Below are positions 1 through 9,030 of a DNA stretch of 64,000 nt, piece after piece. This stretch comes from Escherichia phage ECP_WGS_SA1. Numbering within the stretch: position 1 is the first letter of the stretch; each line of letters starts with the position of its first letter. Where the stretch lies: sequence record PQ604604. One strand, 5' to 3'. The notes beneath the pieces are model-generated. The model was not told the origin of the DNA, did not search any database, and worked only from the letters and a program-made list of their open reading frames with translations. A program made the translations under genes and the position numbers.

Positions 1-360
1 ATTTTGAATTAATTTAAATTAATTTTTTTCTACATCCTCATACTTATACTAAACTTATATTTATACGTATTATCCGTAAGATATAAGTAAAAACAAAGAC
101 TTGCGGCAATACGGATGATACGTCATGATACGCTTCAACCAGCCAGCAGCGGCTAAGTCATTGATTTGCATAACAAGCGGCGAAAGGGATGGATTTCTTT
201 TATGCGTATCAAACAGTACACCACGCACCACGGTCCGATATTCATTCAGCACTATGATTTATGTACGTTTACAGCCAATTTGAACATCAATCTGCACTTG
301 AATATAATGTTCATTCATTGTATAATTCACACTATTAATTTGCACTATGGGATTTGCACT

Positions 361-834
361 ATGAGTCAAGATTATGTAGCAATGCCTGAAGACTTTGAAG
401 ACCCGCGATTTGCAGAGCATAATCAGGCATTATTCGATGAGTTCATTGACCTTGTTATTCAGGGCCATGACATGCGCGCAGCTTTTGCACTAGTATTTGG
501 CATGGAGGTTGCGACCGATAACTACACTGGCCAGCGAATCCTGTGCACGCAGCGCAACCCGTACTACAAGATGCGCTACAAAAAGCGTATGGAAGAGATG
601 CCATTGAAGGAATTGTGGAGTGTAAAGAGTTCCATCCACAATTTAGTGAAGCTTGTGCGTGATCCAGAAGTCGCGGCTTCAGCCAAGCTTAATGCCATTC
701 GTGAACTGAATATCATCTACGGCATCACGATGATTGATGAAAATGGCAATAGTAAAATGGGCCGTTCCATGGACGATTTCTACAAGGATTTTGGAGAGGC
801 AGCCAAAGAGGGTGAGCAATTCTCCCGCCACTAG
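361..834 (+). CDS. Hypothetical protein, 157 aa; start chosen at the ATG embedded in the second repeat copy
   Basis: In-frame part of ORF 166..834; the region upstream of 361 is repeat-rich and looks non-coding. Confidence 0.5.
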   Translation: MSQDYVAMPEDFEDPRFAEHNQALFDEFIDLVIQGHDMRAAFALVFGMEVATDNYTGQRILCTQRNPYYKMRYKKRMEEMPLKELWSVKSSIHNLVKLVRDPEVAASAKLNAIRELNIIYGITMIDENGNSKMGRSMDDFYKDFGEAAKEGEQFSRH

Positions 835-851
835 CCAATTTGCACTATAAA

Positions 852-889
852 ACGGCCCTAGAACACATTTTCTCCACTTCTAGGGCCGT
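852..889. other. Perfect 12-bp inverted repeat ACGGCCCTAGAA / TTCTAGGGCCGT with a 14-nt loop
   Basis: Read directly; lies just after the stop of CDS 361..834; no clear U-tract on the + strand. Confidence 0.5.
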
Positions 890-948
890 TGGTAATACGA
901 CGGGGAAGGCTGCAACCATAAACGCGTTATAAAGTGTATTATTATAAG

Positions 949-1212
949 TCATCTTTTAGTCGCTTTACGTAACAATTTACGACCTTCCGCCGTCCAGTCG
1001 AACGACTCCACCAGCAGATTTGCACTATAACCTAAGACGATGCGCCCCTTCTCGTTATCGACCCGCCAACAAGTCTCGAATAGCATTCGATTTGCACTAT
1101 TAACTATCGCCGCAACGCGCGTTGGGTAAGCGCAATTTGCACTATGGTCGTAAAGGGATAAGGTGCGACCACTGCCGATGGACAACGTAGCGATGAGAAT
1201 AAGCGTATTCAT
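949..1212 (-). CDS. Hypothetical small protein, 87 aa, hydrophobic N-terminus; contains three antisense copies of the repeat motif
   Basis: ORF with GGTGG upstream of the ATG; may instead be non-coding repeat DNA. Confidence 0.3.
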   Translation of the reverse strand: MNTLILIATLSIGSGRTLSLYDHSANCAYPTRVAAIVNSANRMLFETCWRVDNEKGRIVLGYSANLLVESFDWTAEGRKLLRKATKR

Positions 1213-1262
1213 AAGCCACCAATTTGCACTATGAAAAGCGACCCCGAAGGGCCGCCATTCGA

Positions 1263-1889
1263 TTAGATAATCTGGAAGGTGTAGGACTTGTTGCCGAACT
1301 CGAAGTTCAAGCGCCCAGCTTCCTTAAGCTTCATGCGGAAGCGAATGTGTTTGCTATCCGGTAAGCCCAGCGCGGCGAACGCTACGCGGACCGATTTGAA
1401 CTCGCCTACACCCTCGACCATAACGGCGTTACGGGTGAGACGCTTTTGTGCCACTTCCTTGTTATCCCAACTTTTTGCAATACCTTCGCTATTAGAACGG
1501 CGATGGGAAGGAGTTCCATTTTGCACTACGCAATTTGCACTATCGTTTAGGCCGCTCTTAACGAAGGCTTCATACTCTTCGTCGGTCATCGCGTCGAGTT
1601 CTTCCTGAGTCGGCTCGGCCTTTTTAACGACCGCACGCGCCTTATGCGTTTTTACATCGCTGGACACTTCCTCGCGCGGCTTCGCGTCGGGGATGGGCAA
1701 TTCGTTGGACGGCTCATCGAGCGCGTTTAAGGACTCGATTAACGCGATGACGCGAGTCTCAGCGGTGCGACGGTCCACAAACTTCTTAATCGGTTTTGAG
1801 CCGGAGTTGGCATTATAGAATGCAACGAGGTCGGCGGTCTTAGTTGCGATAACGTCGCCGCTAGTAGAAAAGCGATTTAAGCTAACCAT
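1263..1889 (-). CDS. Hypothetical protein, 208 aa
   Basis: ORF with AGGAG-TTTATT-ATG initiation context. Confidence 0.55.
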   Translation of the reverse strand: MVSLNRFSTSGDVIATKTADLVAFYNANSGSKPIKKFVDRRTAETRVIALIESLNALDEPSNELPIPDAKPREEVSSDVKTHKARAVVKKAEPTQEELDAMTDEEYEAFVKSGLNDSANCVVQNGTPSHRRSNSEGIAKSWDNKEVAQKRLTRNAVMVEGVGEFKSVRVAFAALGLPDSKHIRFRMKLKEAGRLNFEFGNKSYTFQII

Positions 1890-1969
1890 AATAAACTCCT
1901 ATTTGTTAGGGCGCTAGGCGCGAAAGAATTTTATTAAAGCGCCGCGCACGACGCTCTAAAAATCCTCTC

Positions 1970-2284
1970 TTACTCTTCGTCGTCTTCGATTAATTCGAAG
2001 GCGAAGGCATAAGCTTTGCTATCGTAATTAACTAAAACGGCGAGTTCGAACTCGTTAATAAACGCCGTTTTACCGCATAAATTTAATTCCGCATCGACTT
2101 CGAAGAATCCGTTTTCGTCGCGCTCTAAGCGAGAAGCAGCGAGTTGCTCGATTACCGTCGCGTCGTTAATTTCTTCGCCTAAGCGAACGCCGGAGAATTT
2201 CGCGAGAATTTCGCCGTAAGTAAGCGTAACACCCTGGACTTCGGCGGTTGCGTTTTCGAGGGTGAAGCGGGTAACGATAGCCAT
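1970..2284 (-). CDS. Hypothetical acidic protein, 104 aa
   Basis: ORF with AGGAG-CTTATT-ATG initiation context almost identical to the neighbouring gene 1263..1889. Confidence 0.55.
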   Translation of the reverse strand: MAIVTRFTLENATAEVQGVTLTYGEILAKFSGVRLGEEINDATVIEQLAASRLERDENGFFEVDAELNLCGKTAFINEFELAVLVNYDSKAYAFAFELIEDDEE

Positions 2285-2377
2285 AATAAGCTCCTAGTTG
2301 GGAGAGGCGTTAACGACCTATTCGTTAACTCATCCCGTCCCGATATGAGTACATTATAATATAGTGTAGAAAAAAGT

Positions 2378-2466
2378 AAAGCACTTTTTCGATAAAAATG
2401 CGATAAATTATTTTATCTTTTTTCTTTACTTCTTCGTACACTCGCGTATACTTGTTTATATCGAGA
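2378..2466 (+). promoter_or_regulatory. Promoter-like repeat unit A: near-palindromic AAAGCACTTT site, CTTTACTTCTTCGTACACT (2424-2442), GTTTATATCGAGA (2454-2466)
   Basis: Near-identical copy at 2811-2864; lies upstream of CDS 2509..2811. Confidence 0.45.
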
Positions 2467-2508
2467 CGGGCGATGGCCCTTTCTTCTACTAGCATCGGGA
2501 GCTTTATT

Positions 2509-2811
2509 ATGACTACTTTAATCTCTTCCATCCTTACTTACGACGAAGACCGCTTAACCGTTCGCTCTCTTATCGCCGCCGTTAACGCGGAACTAGAATC
2601 TAGCGCCATCAAGGTCCGTGCCGTTGCCTTCGTCGGCCTTTCCTTCGACGATATTAAGTATGCAGAGTATAGCGCCATTCGCGTTGTTACTACCGACGAT
2701 AACGCCGTTACCCTTATCGAGACGGTTACGCCGCGCGGCGAAGCGTTAATTATCGTCGAGTATATCGACGTAGAAGGCGATAAAGCTTATAAATATTTTA
2801 TCGCAGAATAA
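2509..2811 (+). CDS. Hypothetical small acidic protein, 100 aa
   Basis: ORF with GGGAG about 7 nt upstream of the ATG at 2509. Confidence 0.5.
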   Translation: MTTLISSILTYDEDRLTVRSLIAAVNAELESSAIKVRAVAFVGLSFDDIKYAEYSAIRVVTTDDNAVTLIETVTPRGEALIIVEYIDVEGDKAYKYFIAE

Positions 2812-2864
2812 CGAAAAGTGCTTTACTTCTTCGTACACTAAGACTATAATGTTTTATATCGAGA
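2811..2864 (+). promoter_or_regulatory. Promoter-like repeat unit B (CGAAAAGTGCTTTACTTCTTCGTACACT ... GTTTTATATCGAGA)
   Basis: Direct repeat of unit A; lies upstream of CDS 2918. Confidence 0.45.
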
Positions 2865-2917
2865 GGGGATGAGGTAGCGAATAGGTCGCTACCCTCCCGA
2901 CTAACTAGGAGAATATT

Positions 2918-2987
2918 ATGATTACTTTATCCGCTATCCGCGCCGCTCGCGTCGAAACTTCCGAAAACTCTAACGTATTTGGCGAAA
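2918..2987 (+). CDS. Hypothetical protein, 5' end only (runs into an N-run)
   Basis: ATG with AGGAG upstream; N-terminus MITLSAIRAARVE resembles that of 2509 (MTTLISSILTYDE). Confidence 0.4.
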
Positions 2988-3187
2988 NNNNNNNNNNNNN
3001 NNNNNNNNNNNNNNNNNNNNNNNNNNNNNNNNNNNNNNNNNNNNNNNNNNNNNNNNNNNNNNNNNNNNNNNNNNNNNNNNNNNNNNNNNNNNNNNNNNNN
3101 NNNNNNNNNNNNNNNNNNNNNNNNNNNNNNNNNNNNNNNNNNNNNNNNNNNNNNNNNNNNNNNNNNNNNNNNNNNNNNNNNNNNNNN
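2988..3187. other. Run of N (masked or unknown bases)
   Basis: Read directly. Confidence 0.99.
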
Positions 3188-3370
3188 TTTAAAATCGTCT
3201 CCTTATAATACCCTTCCGTTACTAATAGGCCGCGCTTAGTCGCGGCTTTTCTTCGTCCCTATCTCGATGCGCTTCTCCGCGAAAACTCCTTTATCCTTCC
3301 CTTCGTCGTCGCATAATCTTCGTCGAGATGCGCCTTAGTTCGCATAACAGGTATTACGTTAAATGGAGAA

Positions 3371-3452
3371 CATCGCGTAAGTCCTTGTTTTATATAGACA
3401 CCTATATCGGACCGTTAGGGAGGGTCGCGTAAGTCGTTGTTTTATAAAGGCG
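3371..3452 (+). repeat. Two direct copies of CGCGTAAGTCnTTGTTTTATA in an ORF-poor segment
   Basis: Read directly; shares the TTTTATA core with the 2454 and 2851 elements. Confidence 0.6.
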
Positions 3453-3725
3453 CAAAACTTTCCCTTCGTTCCGAACTAAAACGAGAAATATGCCGACCCT
3501 TCGCCCGAAAATAGTACGCATACGAAATTACCGACATCTAGAATAATCCGCGCCGATATTATCCTACACGCAATCATTAGCCTTCGAATCATTATGCTTC
3601 ATATTATTATGCTTCGAATCATTCGCTTTCGAATTGTAACGCTGAAAACTGTAACGGCGATTGATTATTGCGTTCGTGTGGTTTTTATGGCATGGGTCTT
3701 TTGGTGCGTTTTGGTACTTGATGAA

Positions 3726-3836
3726 ATTTGCAGTACACTAATCAAAATACGACACATTTGGTCCACTAACTTTTCAAAGAAAAAGTCCTAGACAGTACCG
3801 TACTATTTTGTGCCCACAGTAAATTTGCAGTACACT
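3726..3836 (+). repeat. Two copies of ATTTGCAGTACACT (3726-3739, 3823-3836), a variant of the ATTTGCACTAT family
   Basis: Read directly. Confidence 0.7.
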
Positions 3837-3905
3837 CCTGCGCGGCAGACAAAATAAAGGGCCGCCACAGCGACCCACGATTCACGGTTAAATCAGCAAC
3901 ACCCA

Positions 3906-4286
3906 CTATTCGCTCTTATGGGCATCACCAAAGCCATCCGCAATCTGGCTGATCAATGATTCAATGGACACAGTTTTACCAATTGATCGAGCGGTAATAG
4001 CAAGCATATTATCAATCAAACCATGATTGGATGCATATGATCCAGGTTTTGAATCATCTTCATGACAACCAAAAAGCTGGTCGCGAAGACTTTCAAGAGA
4101 ACGCTCAATATTTTCCAGCTTCTCTTCTAAATCAGATTGGCGACGTAAAACCCATGTTAAGTCGCGGTTGCCGACTTCCAATCCATCAGAATCGCAAGAT
4201 GGAACGTCAATTTTGATACTTCCACCAAAGGCCATTCCGCTGCCTTTAGCATATGTGCCGTGAATAGAATCATTCTTATTTGACAT
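3906..4286 (-). CDS. Hypothetical protein, about 126 aa
   Basis: ORF 3906..4316; start moved to the Met preceded by GAAAGG. Confidence 0.45.
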   Translation of the reverse strand: MSNKNDSIHGTYAKGSGMAFGGSIKIDVPSCDSDGLEVGNRDLTWVLRRQSDLEEKLENIERSLESLRDQLFGCHEDDSKPGSYASNHGLIDNMLAITARSIGKTVSIESLISQIADGFGDAHKSE

Positions 4287-4359
4287 ATCATTACCTTTCA
4301 TGAGGGTGATTAACAATAACTATAATAAAGCCGCATAGCGCGGCATTCAAATCGGTTTG

Positions 4360-4572
4360 TTAATTGTAACGATTGGATTCATCAATCGATACCAACTGCG
4401 CAGGGTCGCCGGATACTGTCGCACCGATAACGCCCATCTGCTGAAAGAACTCTGAATAAACTTCCTTCCAGTATTTACGCGCTGCTTTCTGAGCCTGTCC
4501 TTTGCGCTTGAAGCTTTTACCTTTTACCTTGAAAGATGAAACGGTCGCTTGCCGCGCGATACTCCACCACAC
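4360..4572 (-). CDS. Hypothetical basic protein, 70 aa
   Basis: ORF only. Confidence 0.35.
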   Translation of the reverse strand: MWWSIARQATVSSFKVKGKSFKRKGQAQKAARKYWKEVYSEFFQQMGVIGATVSGDPAQLVSIDESNRYN

Positions 4573-4622
4573 CTTCCAGCCATTGTAAGAACGCTACTGA
4601 TTCATTTTGATTCATGTTAACC

Positions 4623-5078
4623 TCAATATTTTAATAAGAAAGCACCCAACCAACTTTCCTCAACCTCGCGGCCAGTAGCCACACGGTCGGTCTTTGCTAT
4701 GGGTCTGGATTTGCCGCAAGGTAATCCATCTTGTAGTTGTGTACTATTGCCAATTCTCACCAGAACCTTTCCATCAGGGTCGATATAAGCGCGACAACCC
4801 ATGATTTCGAGTCGTTGTAGACACTGGCGAATCGTTTTCAGCCTTTCACCGGACCGGATAGAGCGCATCCTAGACCGCTGACCGTTTTTATTCACTGTCC
4901 GCTTAACGACCGGAATCTCATTGGTGCGTTTCGCTTTCGGTCGGTAATAGGCTTCTTCGCCAGGAGTCGCACCTGGCGTCAATTCACGCTTGAGCGCCTT
5001 TTCAATATCGATGATCATAATTATGCCGCAGCAGCGTGGATGATTACGTAAACTATGCCAAATAGCGCGGCAATACAT
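4623..5078 (-). CDS. Hypothetical basic protein (R/K-rich, possibly nucleic-acid binding); start uncertain
   Basis: ORF; no clear RBS. Confidence 0.35.
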   Translation of the reverse strand: MYCRAIWHSLRNHPRCCGIIMIIDIEKALKRELTPGATPGEEAYYRPKAKRTNEIPVVKRTVNKNGQRSRMRSIRSGERLKTIRQCLQRLEIMGCRAYIDPDGKVLVRIGNSTQLQDGLPCGKSRPIAKTDRVATGREVEESWLGAFLLKY

Positions 5079-5111
5079 ACCGTGCCCCAGAATGCAAAGC
5101 GTCGTGACTCT

Positions 5112-5321
5112 TTATCCATTGTCCACCGCTCCAATATCCTTCAAGAACTTGTGCAAGTCACCTTTCTTATTAAGCTTTTGCATAGTTTTGATATCATCAA
5201 GTGATATGCCTTGATCGCTTTGTTGTTTGTCAATGCAGACAATGCCGCCTTTCTTGGCCTTGATTGTCATGCCTTTGGCTTCAATACTTTTTACGAAATC
5301 GGACAATAATTTAATTTCCAT
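5112..5321 (-). CDS. Hypothetical protein, 69 aa; start abuts an N-run
   Basis: ORF only. Confidence 0.35.
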   Translation of the reverse strand: MEIKLLSDFVKSIEAKGMTIKAKKGGIVCIDKQQSDQGISLDDIKTMQKLNKKGDLHKFLKDIGAVDNG

Positions 5322-5666
5322 NNNNNNNNNNNNNNNNNNNNNNNNNNNNNNNNNNNNNNNNNNNNNNNNNNNNNNNNNNNNNNNNNNNNNNNNNNNNNNN
5401 NNNNNNNNNNNNNNNNNNNNNNNNNNNNNNNNNNNNNNNNNNNNNNNNNNNNNNNNNNNNNNNNNNNNNNNNNNNNNNNNNNNNNNNNNNNNNNNNNNNN
5501 NNNNNNNNNNNNNNNNNNNNNNNNNNNNNNNNNNNNNNNNNNNNNNNNNNNNNNNNNNNNNNNNNNNNNNNNNNNNNNNNNNNNNNNNNNNNNNNNNNNN
5601 NNNNNATACACCTCACTTGTTAACGTATAATGAGTATAACTTAATAGCGCATAAAGTAAAGGCGCT

Positions 5667-7070
5667 NNNAGCGCCTTGAGTGAATTATTTNGCTGCNTTC
5701 AGCGCGACTATNTCTGNNNNNNNNNNNNNNNNNNNNNNNNNNNNNNNNNNNNNNNNNNNNNNNNNNNNNNNNNNNNNNNNNNNNNNNNNNNNNNNNNNNN
5801 NNNNNNNNNNNNNNNNNNNNNNNNNNNNNNNNNNNNNNNNNNNNNNNNNNNNNNNNNNNNNNNNNNNNNNNNNNNNNNNNNNNNNNNNNNNNNNNNNNNN
5901 NNNNNNNNNNNNNNNNNNNNNNNNNNNNNNNNNNNNNNNNNNNNNNNNNNNNNNNNNNNNNNNNNNNNNNNNNNNNNNNNNNNNNNNNNNNNNNNNNNNN
6001 NNNNNNNNNNNNNNNNNNNNNNNNNNNNNNNNNNNNNNNNNNNNNNNNNNNNNNNNNNNNNNNNNNNNNNNNNNNNNNNNNNNNNNNNNNNNNNNNNNNN
6101 NNNNNNNNNNNNNNNNNNNNNNNNNNNNNNNNNNNNNNNNNNNNNNNNNNNNNNNNNNNNNNNNNNNNNNNNNNNNNNNNNNNNNNNNNNNNNNNNNNNN
6201 NNNNNNNNNNNNNNNNNNNNNNNNNNNNNNNNNNNNNNNNNNNNNNNNNNNNNNNNNNNNNNNNNNNNNNNNNNNNNNNNNNNNNNNNNNNNNNNNNNNN
6301 NNNNNNNNNNNNNNNNNNNNNNNNNNNNNNNNNNNNNNNNNNNNNNNNNNNNNNNNNNNNNNNNNNNNNNNNNNNNNNNNNNNNNNNNNNNNNNNNNNNN
6401 NNNNNNNNNNNNNNNNNNNNNNNNNNNNNNNNNNNNNNNNNNNNNNNNNNNNNNNNNNNNNNNNNNNNNNNNNNNNNNNNNNNNNNNNNNNNNNNNNNNN
6501 NNNNNNNNNNNNNNNNNNNNNNNNNNNNNNNNNNNNNNNNNNNNNNNNNNNNNNNNNNNNNNNNNNNNNNNNNNNNNNNNNNNNNNNNNNNNNNNNNNNN
6601 NNNNNNNNNNNNNNNNNNNNNNNNNNNNNNNNNNNNNNNNNNNNNNNNNNNNNNNNNNNNNNNNNNNNNNNNNNNNNNNNNNNNNNNNNNNNNNNNNNNN
6701 NNNNNNNNNNNNNNNNNNNNNNNNNNNNNNNNNNNNNNNNNNNNNNNNNNNNNNNNNNNNNNNNNNNNNNNNNNNNNNNNNNNNNNNNNNNNNNNNNNNN
6801 NNNNNNNNNNNNNNNNNNNNNNNNNNNNNNNNNNNNNNNNNNNNNNNNNNNNNNNNNNNNNNNNNNNNNNNNNNNNNNNNNNNNNNNNNNNNNNNNNNNN
6901 NNNNNNNNNNNNNNNNNNNNNNNNNNNNNNNNNNNNNNNNNNNNNNNNNNNNNNNNNNNNNNNNNNNNNNNNNNNNNNNNNNNNNNNNNNNNNNNNNNNN
7001 NNNNNNNNNNNNNNNNNNNNNNNNNNNNNNNNNNNNNNNNNNNNNNNNNNNNNNNNNNNNNNNNNNNNNN
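5667..7070. other. Almost fully masked block of N; adjacent N-runs at 5322-5605, 7194-7307 and 7354-7611
   Basis: Read directly. Confidence 0.99.
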
Positions 7071-8009
7071 NAGCAATTGTCCGTCTGCAACGACTTCATA
7101 CGGTTGAATATATGCACGACTGTCACGNAAGTGAAAATCACCAACNCCATAGTTCATNACACCGTTCATGCTTGGGCCAACGGTGCCTGTGTTNNNNNNN
7201 NNNNNNNNNNNNNNNNNNNNNNNNNNNNNNNNNNNNNNNNNNNNNNNNNNNNNNNNNNNNNNNNNNNNNNNNNNNNNNNNNNNNNNNNNNNNNNNNNNNN
7301 NNNNNNNTGATCCTGTGCCNCCCATGGAAGTTGGGACGATGCTTTGATCAGCNNNNNNNNNNNNNNNNNNNNNNNNNNNNNNNNNNNNNNNNNNNNNNNN
7401 NNNNNNNNNNNNNNNNNNNNNNNNNNNNNNNNNNNNNNNNNNNNNNNNNNNNNNNNNNNNNNNNNNNNNNNNNNNNNNNNNNNNNNNNNNNNNNNNNNNN
7501 NNNNNNNNNNNNNNNNNNNNNNNNNNNNNNNNNNNNNNNNNNNNNNNNNNNNNNNNNNNNNNNNNNNNNNNNNNNNNNNNNNNNNNNNNNNNNNNNNNNN
7601 NNNNNNNNNNNGATGCACCAGCATTTGCTGATTGATGATATTGACCAAACCATGAACCAGTCAAGGCATTGAGATTTATTCCGTTAGGAATCTCTCCAAA
7701 GTTTCGGACAGTACCCGTCAAAGTTGCGGCAGTGGTTCGAATAGAAAGCATGTCGCCAGCCGCCCATGCACGCGCTGCAGTTCCTTCCTGTGCACGCTGC
7801 ACGGTCAGGACGTTTCCAACAACGGCTGTTACTGTGACGATTTCGAATTGGAGGCCTGTTGCGGCGTCAACGATTGTCGCCACTACACGCTCGTTTGCGC
7901 CCAAGGTCGGAAAGCCCGACCCTGAGCGAATTGTGATTGTGGTGTCTGAAGTCGTCGTTGGCTGAGCGAGCGCGACCTCAAAGTTGTTTTTGAATATTAG
8001 CCTTGGCAT
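5685..8009 (-). CDS. Putative tail fibre or receptor-binding-like protein; largely masked by N, 3' end uncertain
   Basis: Long ORF with GAGGA upstream of the ATG at 8009; readable N-terminal 130 aa is rich in T/S/G/V as in phage fibre N-termini. Confidence 0.4.
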   Translation of the reverse strand: MPRLIFKNNFEVALAQPTTTSDTTITIRSGSGFPTLGANERVVATIVDAATGLQFEIVTVTAVVGNVLTVQRAQEGTAARAWAAGDMLSIRTTAATLTGTVRNFGEIPNGINLNALTGSWFGQYHQSANAGAXXXXXXXXXXXXXXXXXXXXXXXXXXXXXXXXXXXXXXXXXXXXXXXXXXXXXXXXXXXXXXXXXXXXXXXXXXXXXXXXXXXXXXXADQSIVPTSMXGTGSXXXXXXXXXXXXXXXXXXXXXXXXXXXXXXXXXXXXXXNTGTVGPSMNGXMNYXVGDFHXRDSRAYIQPYEVVADGQLXXXXXXXXXXXXXXXXXXXXXXXXXXXXXXXXXXXXXXXXXXXXXXXXXXXXXXXXXXXXXXXXXXXXXXXXXXXXXXXXXXXXXXXXXXXXXXXXXXXXXXXXXXXXXXXXXXXXXXXXXXXXXXXXXXXXXXXXXXXXXXXXXXXXXXXXXXXXXXXXXXXXXXXXXXXXXXXXXXXXXXXXXXXXXXXXXXXXXXXXXXXXXXXXXXXXXXXXXXXXXXXXXXXXXXXXXXXXXXXXXXXXXXXXXXXXXXXXXXXXXXXXXXXXXXXXXXXXXXXXXXXXXXXXXXXXXXXXXXXXXXXXXXXXXXXXXXXXXXXXXXXXXXXXXXXXXXXXXXXXXXXXXXXXXXXXXXXXXXXXXXXXXXXXXXXXXXXXXXXXXXXXXXXXXXXXXXXXXXXXXXXXXXXXXXXXXXXXXXXXXXXXXXXXXXXXXXXXXXXXXXXXXXXXXXXXXXIVALXAXK

Positions 8010-8047
8010 TTTACGGTCCTCGTTTTGTCGACAACCGTATTATAACC

Positions 8048-8389
8048 TTAATTTCTTTTGAGAGGAATATGACGGTTGCTGTCATTATTTGGTTTAATAA
8101 TGAGCATAAAAACGATTAGAAAGATGATGGCTGATATACTTAATTCAATCAGAGCGGCTTGAGATATGGATTGGTCTTCGTGATACTGCTTTTGCATTTC
8201 CGCTTTCTTCTGAGCGCAAACTTCAGGTGATATATAATCGCCTTTTGAGTTGCCATAATAAATCTCGCCATTCTCAGAAATAAGTCTGCCGCAAATATCA
8301 GTTTCAGCCTTTGCGCTTGACATCATAATGACGGTGCCGATGATAGCGGCAATTGTCCAGATTAGCAGTTGTGATAAAGTGTTGTTCAT
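8048..8389 (-). CDS. Small membrane protein, about 113 aa, hydrophobic segments at both ends
   Basis: Internal Met of ORF 8048..8623 preceded by AAGAGG. Confidence 0.45.
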   Translation of the reverse strand: MNNTLSQLLIWTIAAIIGTVIMMSSAKAETDICGRLISENGEIYYGNSKGDYISPEVCAQKKAEMQKQYHEDQSISQAALIELSISAIIFLIVFMLIIKPNNDSNRHIPLKRN

Positions 8390-8585
8390 GATAACCTCTT
8401 TAAATTCCCTTCCCACATCGGGAAGGGTGAATATTATTTTAAACGAAAGAATAGGCGCGTGCCACACAGAGAGTCCCAACGGCCTTCGCCGTCCCATATC
8501 GAACCAACGCCAGCAGTGATTGGGCCAGCAGAATTGGCGGCATTGGCCCAAGCGAGACGTTTCAACTTCCAACTGCACCAACGAT

Positions 8586-8819
8586 TCACAGTTCACCTCC
8601 AGATTGCAAAACAAGTCCCGCATAGAGGATTGCTAAAGCTAAAGGCGCACCACTTCCAGCTTCTCTATTCTCTTTGATTTGAAGAGTGTCCTTAAGGAAT
8701 TGCAGCTGAACGTTGAATTCATTTTCAATTCCAAGCACTCCAGCTAATTCTTTTACAGAATCTGCATATGCCTTGTCTAGCACTTCTTTTGGTACTGTTA
8801 AAGTCAATTCATTTGCCAT
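8586..8819 (-). CDS. Hypothetical protein, about 77 aa
   Basis: ORF with purine-rich RBS-like sequence. Confidence 0.35.
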   Translation of the reverse strand: MANELTLTVPKEVLDKAYADSVKELAGVLGIENEFNVQLQFLKDTLQIKENREAGSGAPLALAILYAGLVLQSGGEL

Positions 8820-9030
8820 TTTCTTTCCACTCCACAAATGCACTTCCACTTGTTTCTCTATTTAGCAGGTATCTGCCGCGCATTCCATGAAGGCTGAACT
8901 CAACCGTCGATGGATTAGATTTTGAAAGCCACATCGCTTGACCGTCGAACGGTCCGCCAACGCATGTGTATTTAGCCTTTGGCTCACTCCTTTTGGGTCG
9001 CTTTGCCCGCTCTTTGATTGATAGTCTCAT
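8809..9030 (-). CDS. Hypothetical protein, 73 aa
   Basis: ORF; stop/start packing with neighbours. Confidence 0.35.
   Translation of the reverse strand: MRLSIKERAKRPKRSEPKAKYTCVGGPFDGQAMWLSKSNPSTVEFSLHGMRGRYLLNRETSGSAFVEWKENGK

Larger units (their letters stand above)
338..1543 (+). repeat. Dispersed direct-repeat family ATTTGCACTAT, all on the + strand (338-348, 352-362, 838-848, 1018-1028, 1090-1100, 1135-1145, 1222-1232, 1533-1543; variant ATTTTGCACTAC at 1518-1529)
   Basis: Exact 11-mer read at each listed position; same orientation in every copy whether inside or between ORFs. Confidence 0.85.

Noticed and set aside
166-360. N-terminal extension of ORF 166..834
   Set aside because: The upstream part is packed with repeat motifs and AT-rich promoter-like sequence; the ATG at 361 is the more plausible start.
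3540-3700. tRNA gene, suggested by TTCGAATC-like T-loop sequences
   Set aside because: I could not assemble an acceptor stem, anticodon arm and T-arm around any of them by eye; the segments look like short direct repeats.
5676-7672. Several very long ORFs on both strands (5676..7310, 5680..7107, 5708..7150 and others)
   Set aside because: They are artefacts of N-runs translated as X; only 5685..8009 has a readable start with an RBS.
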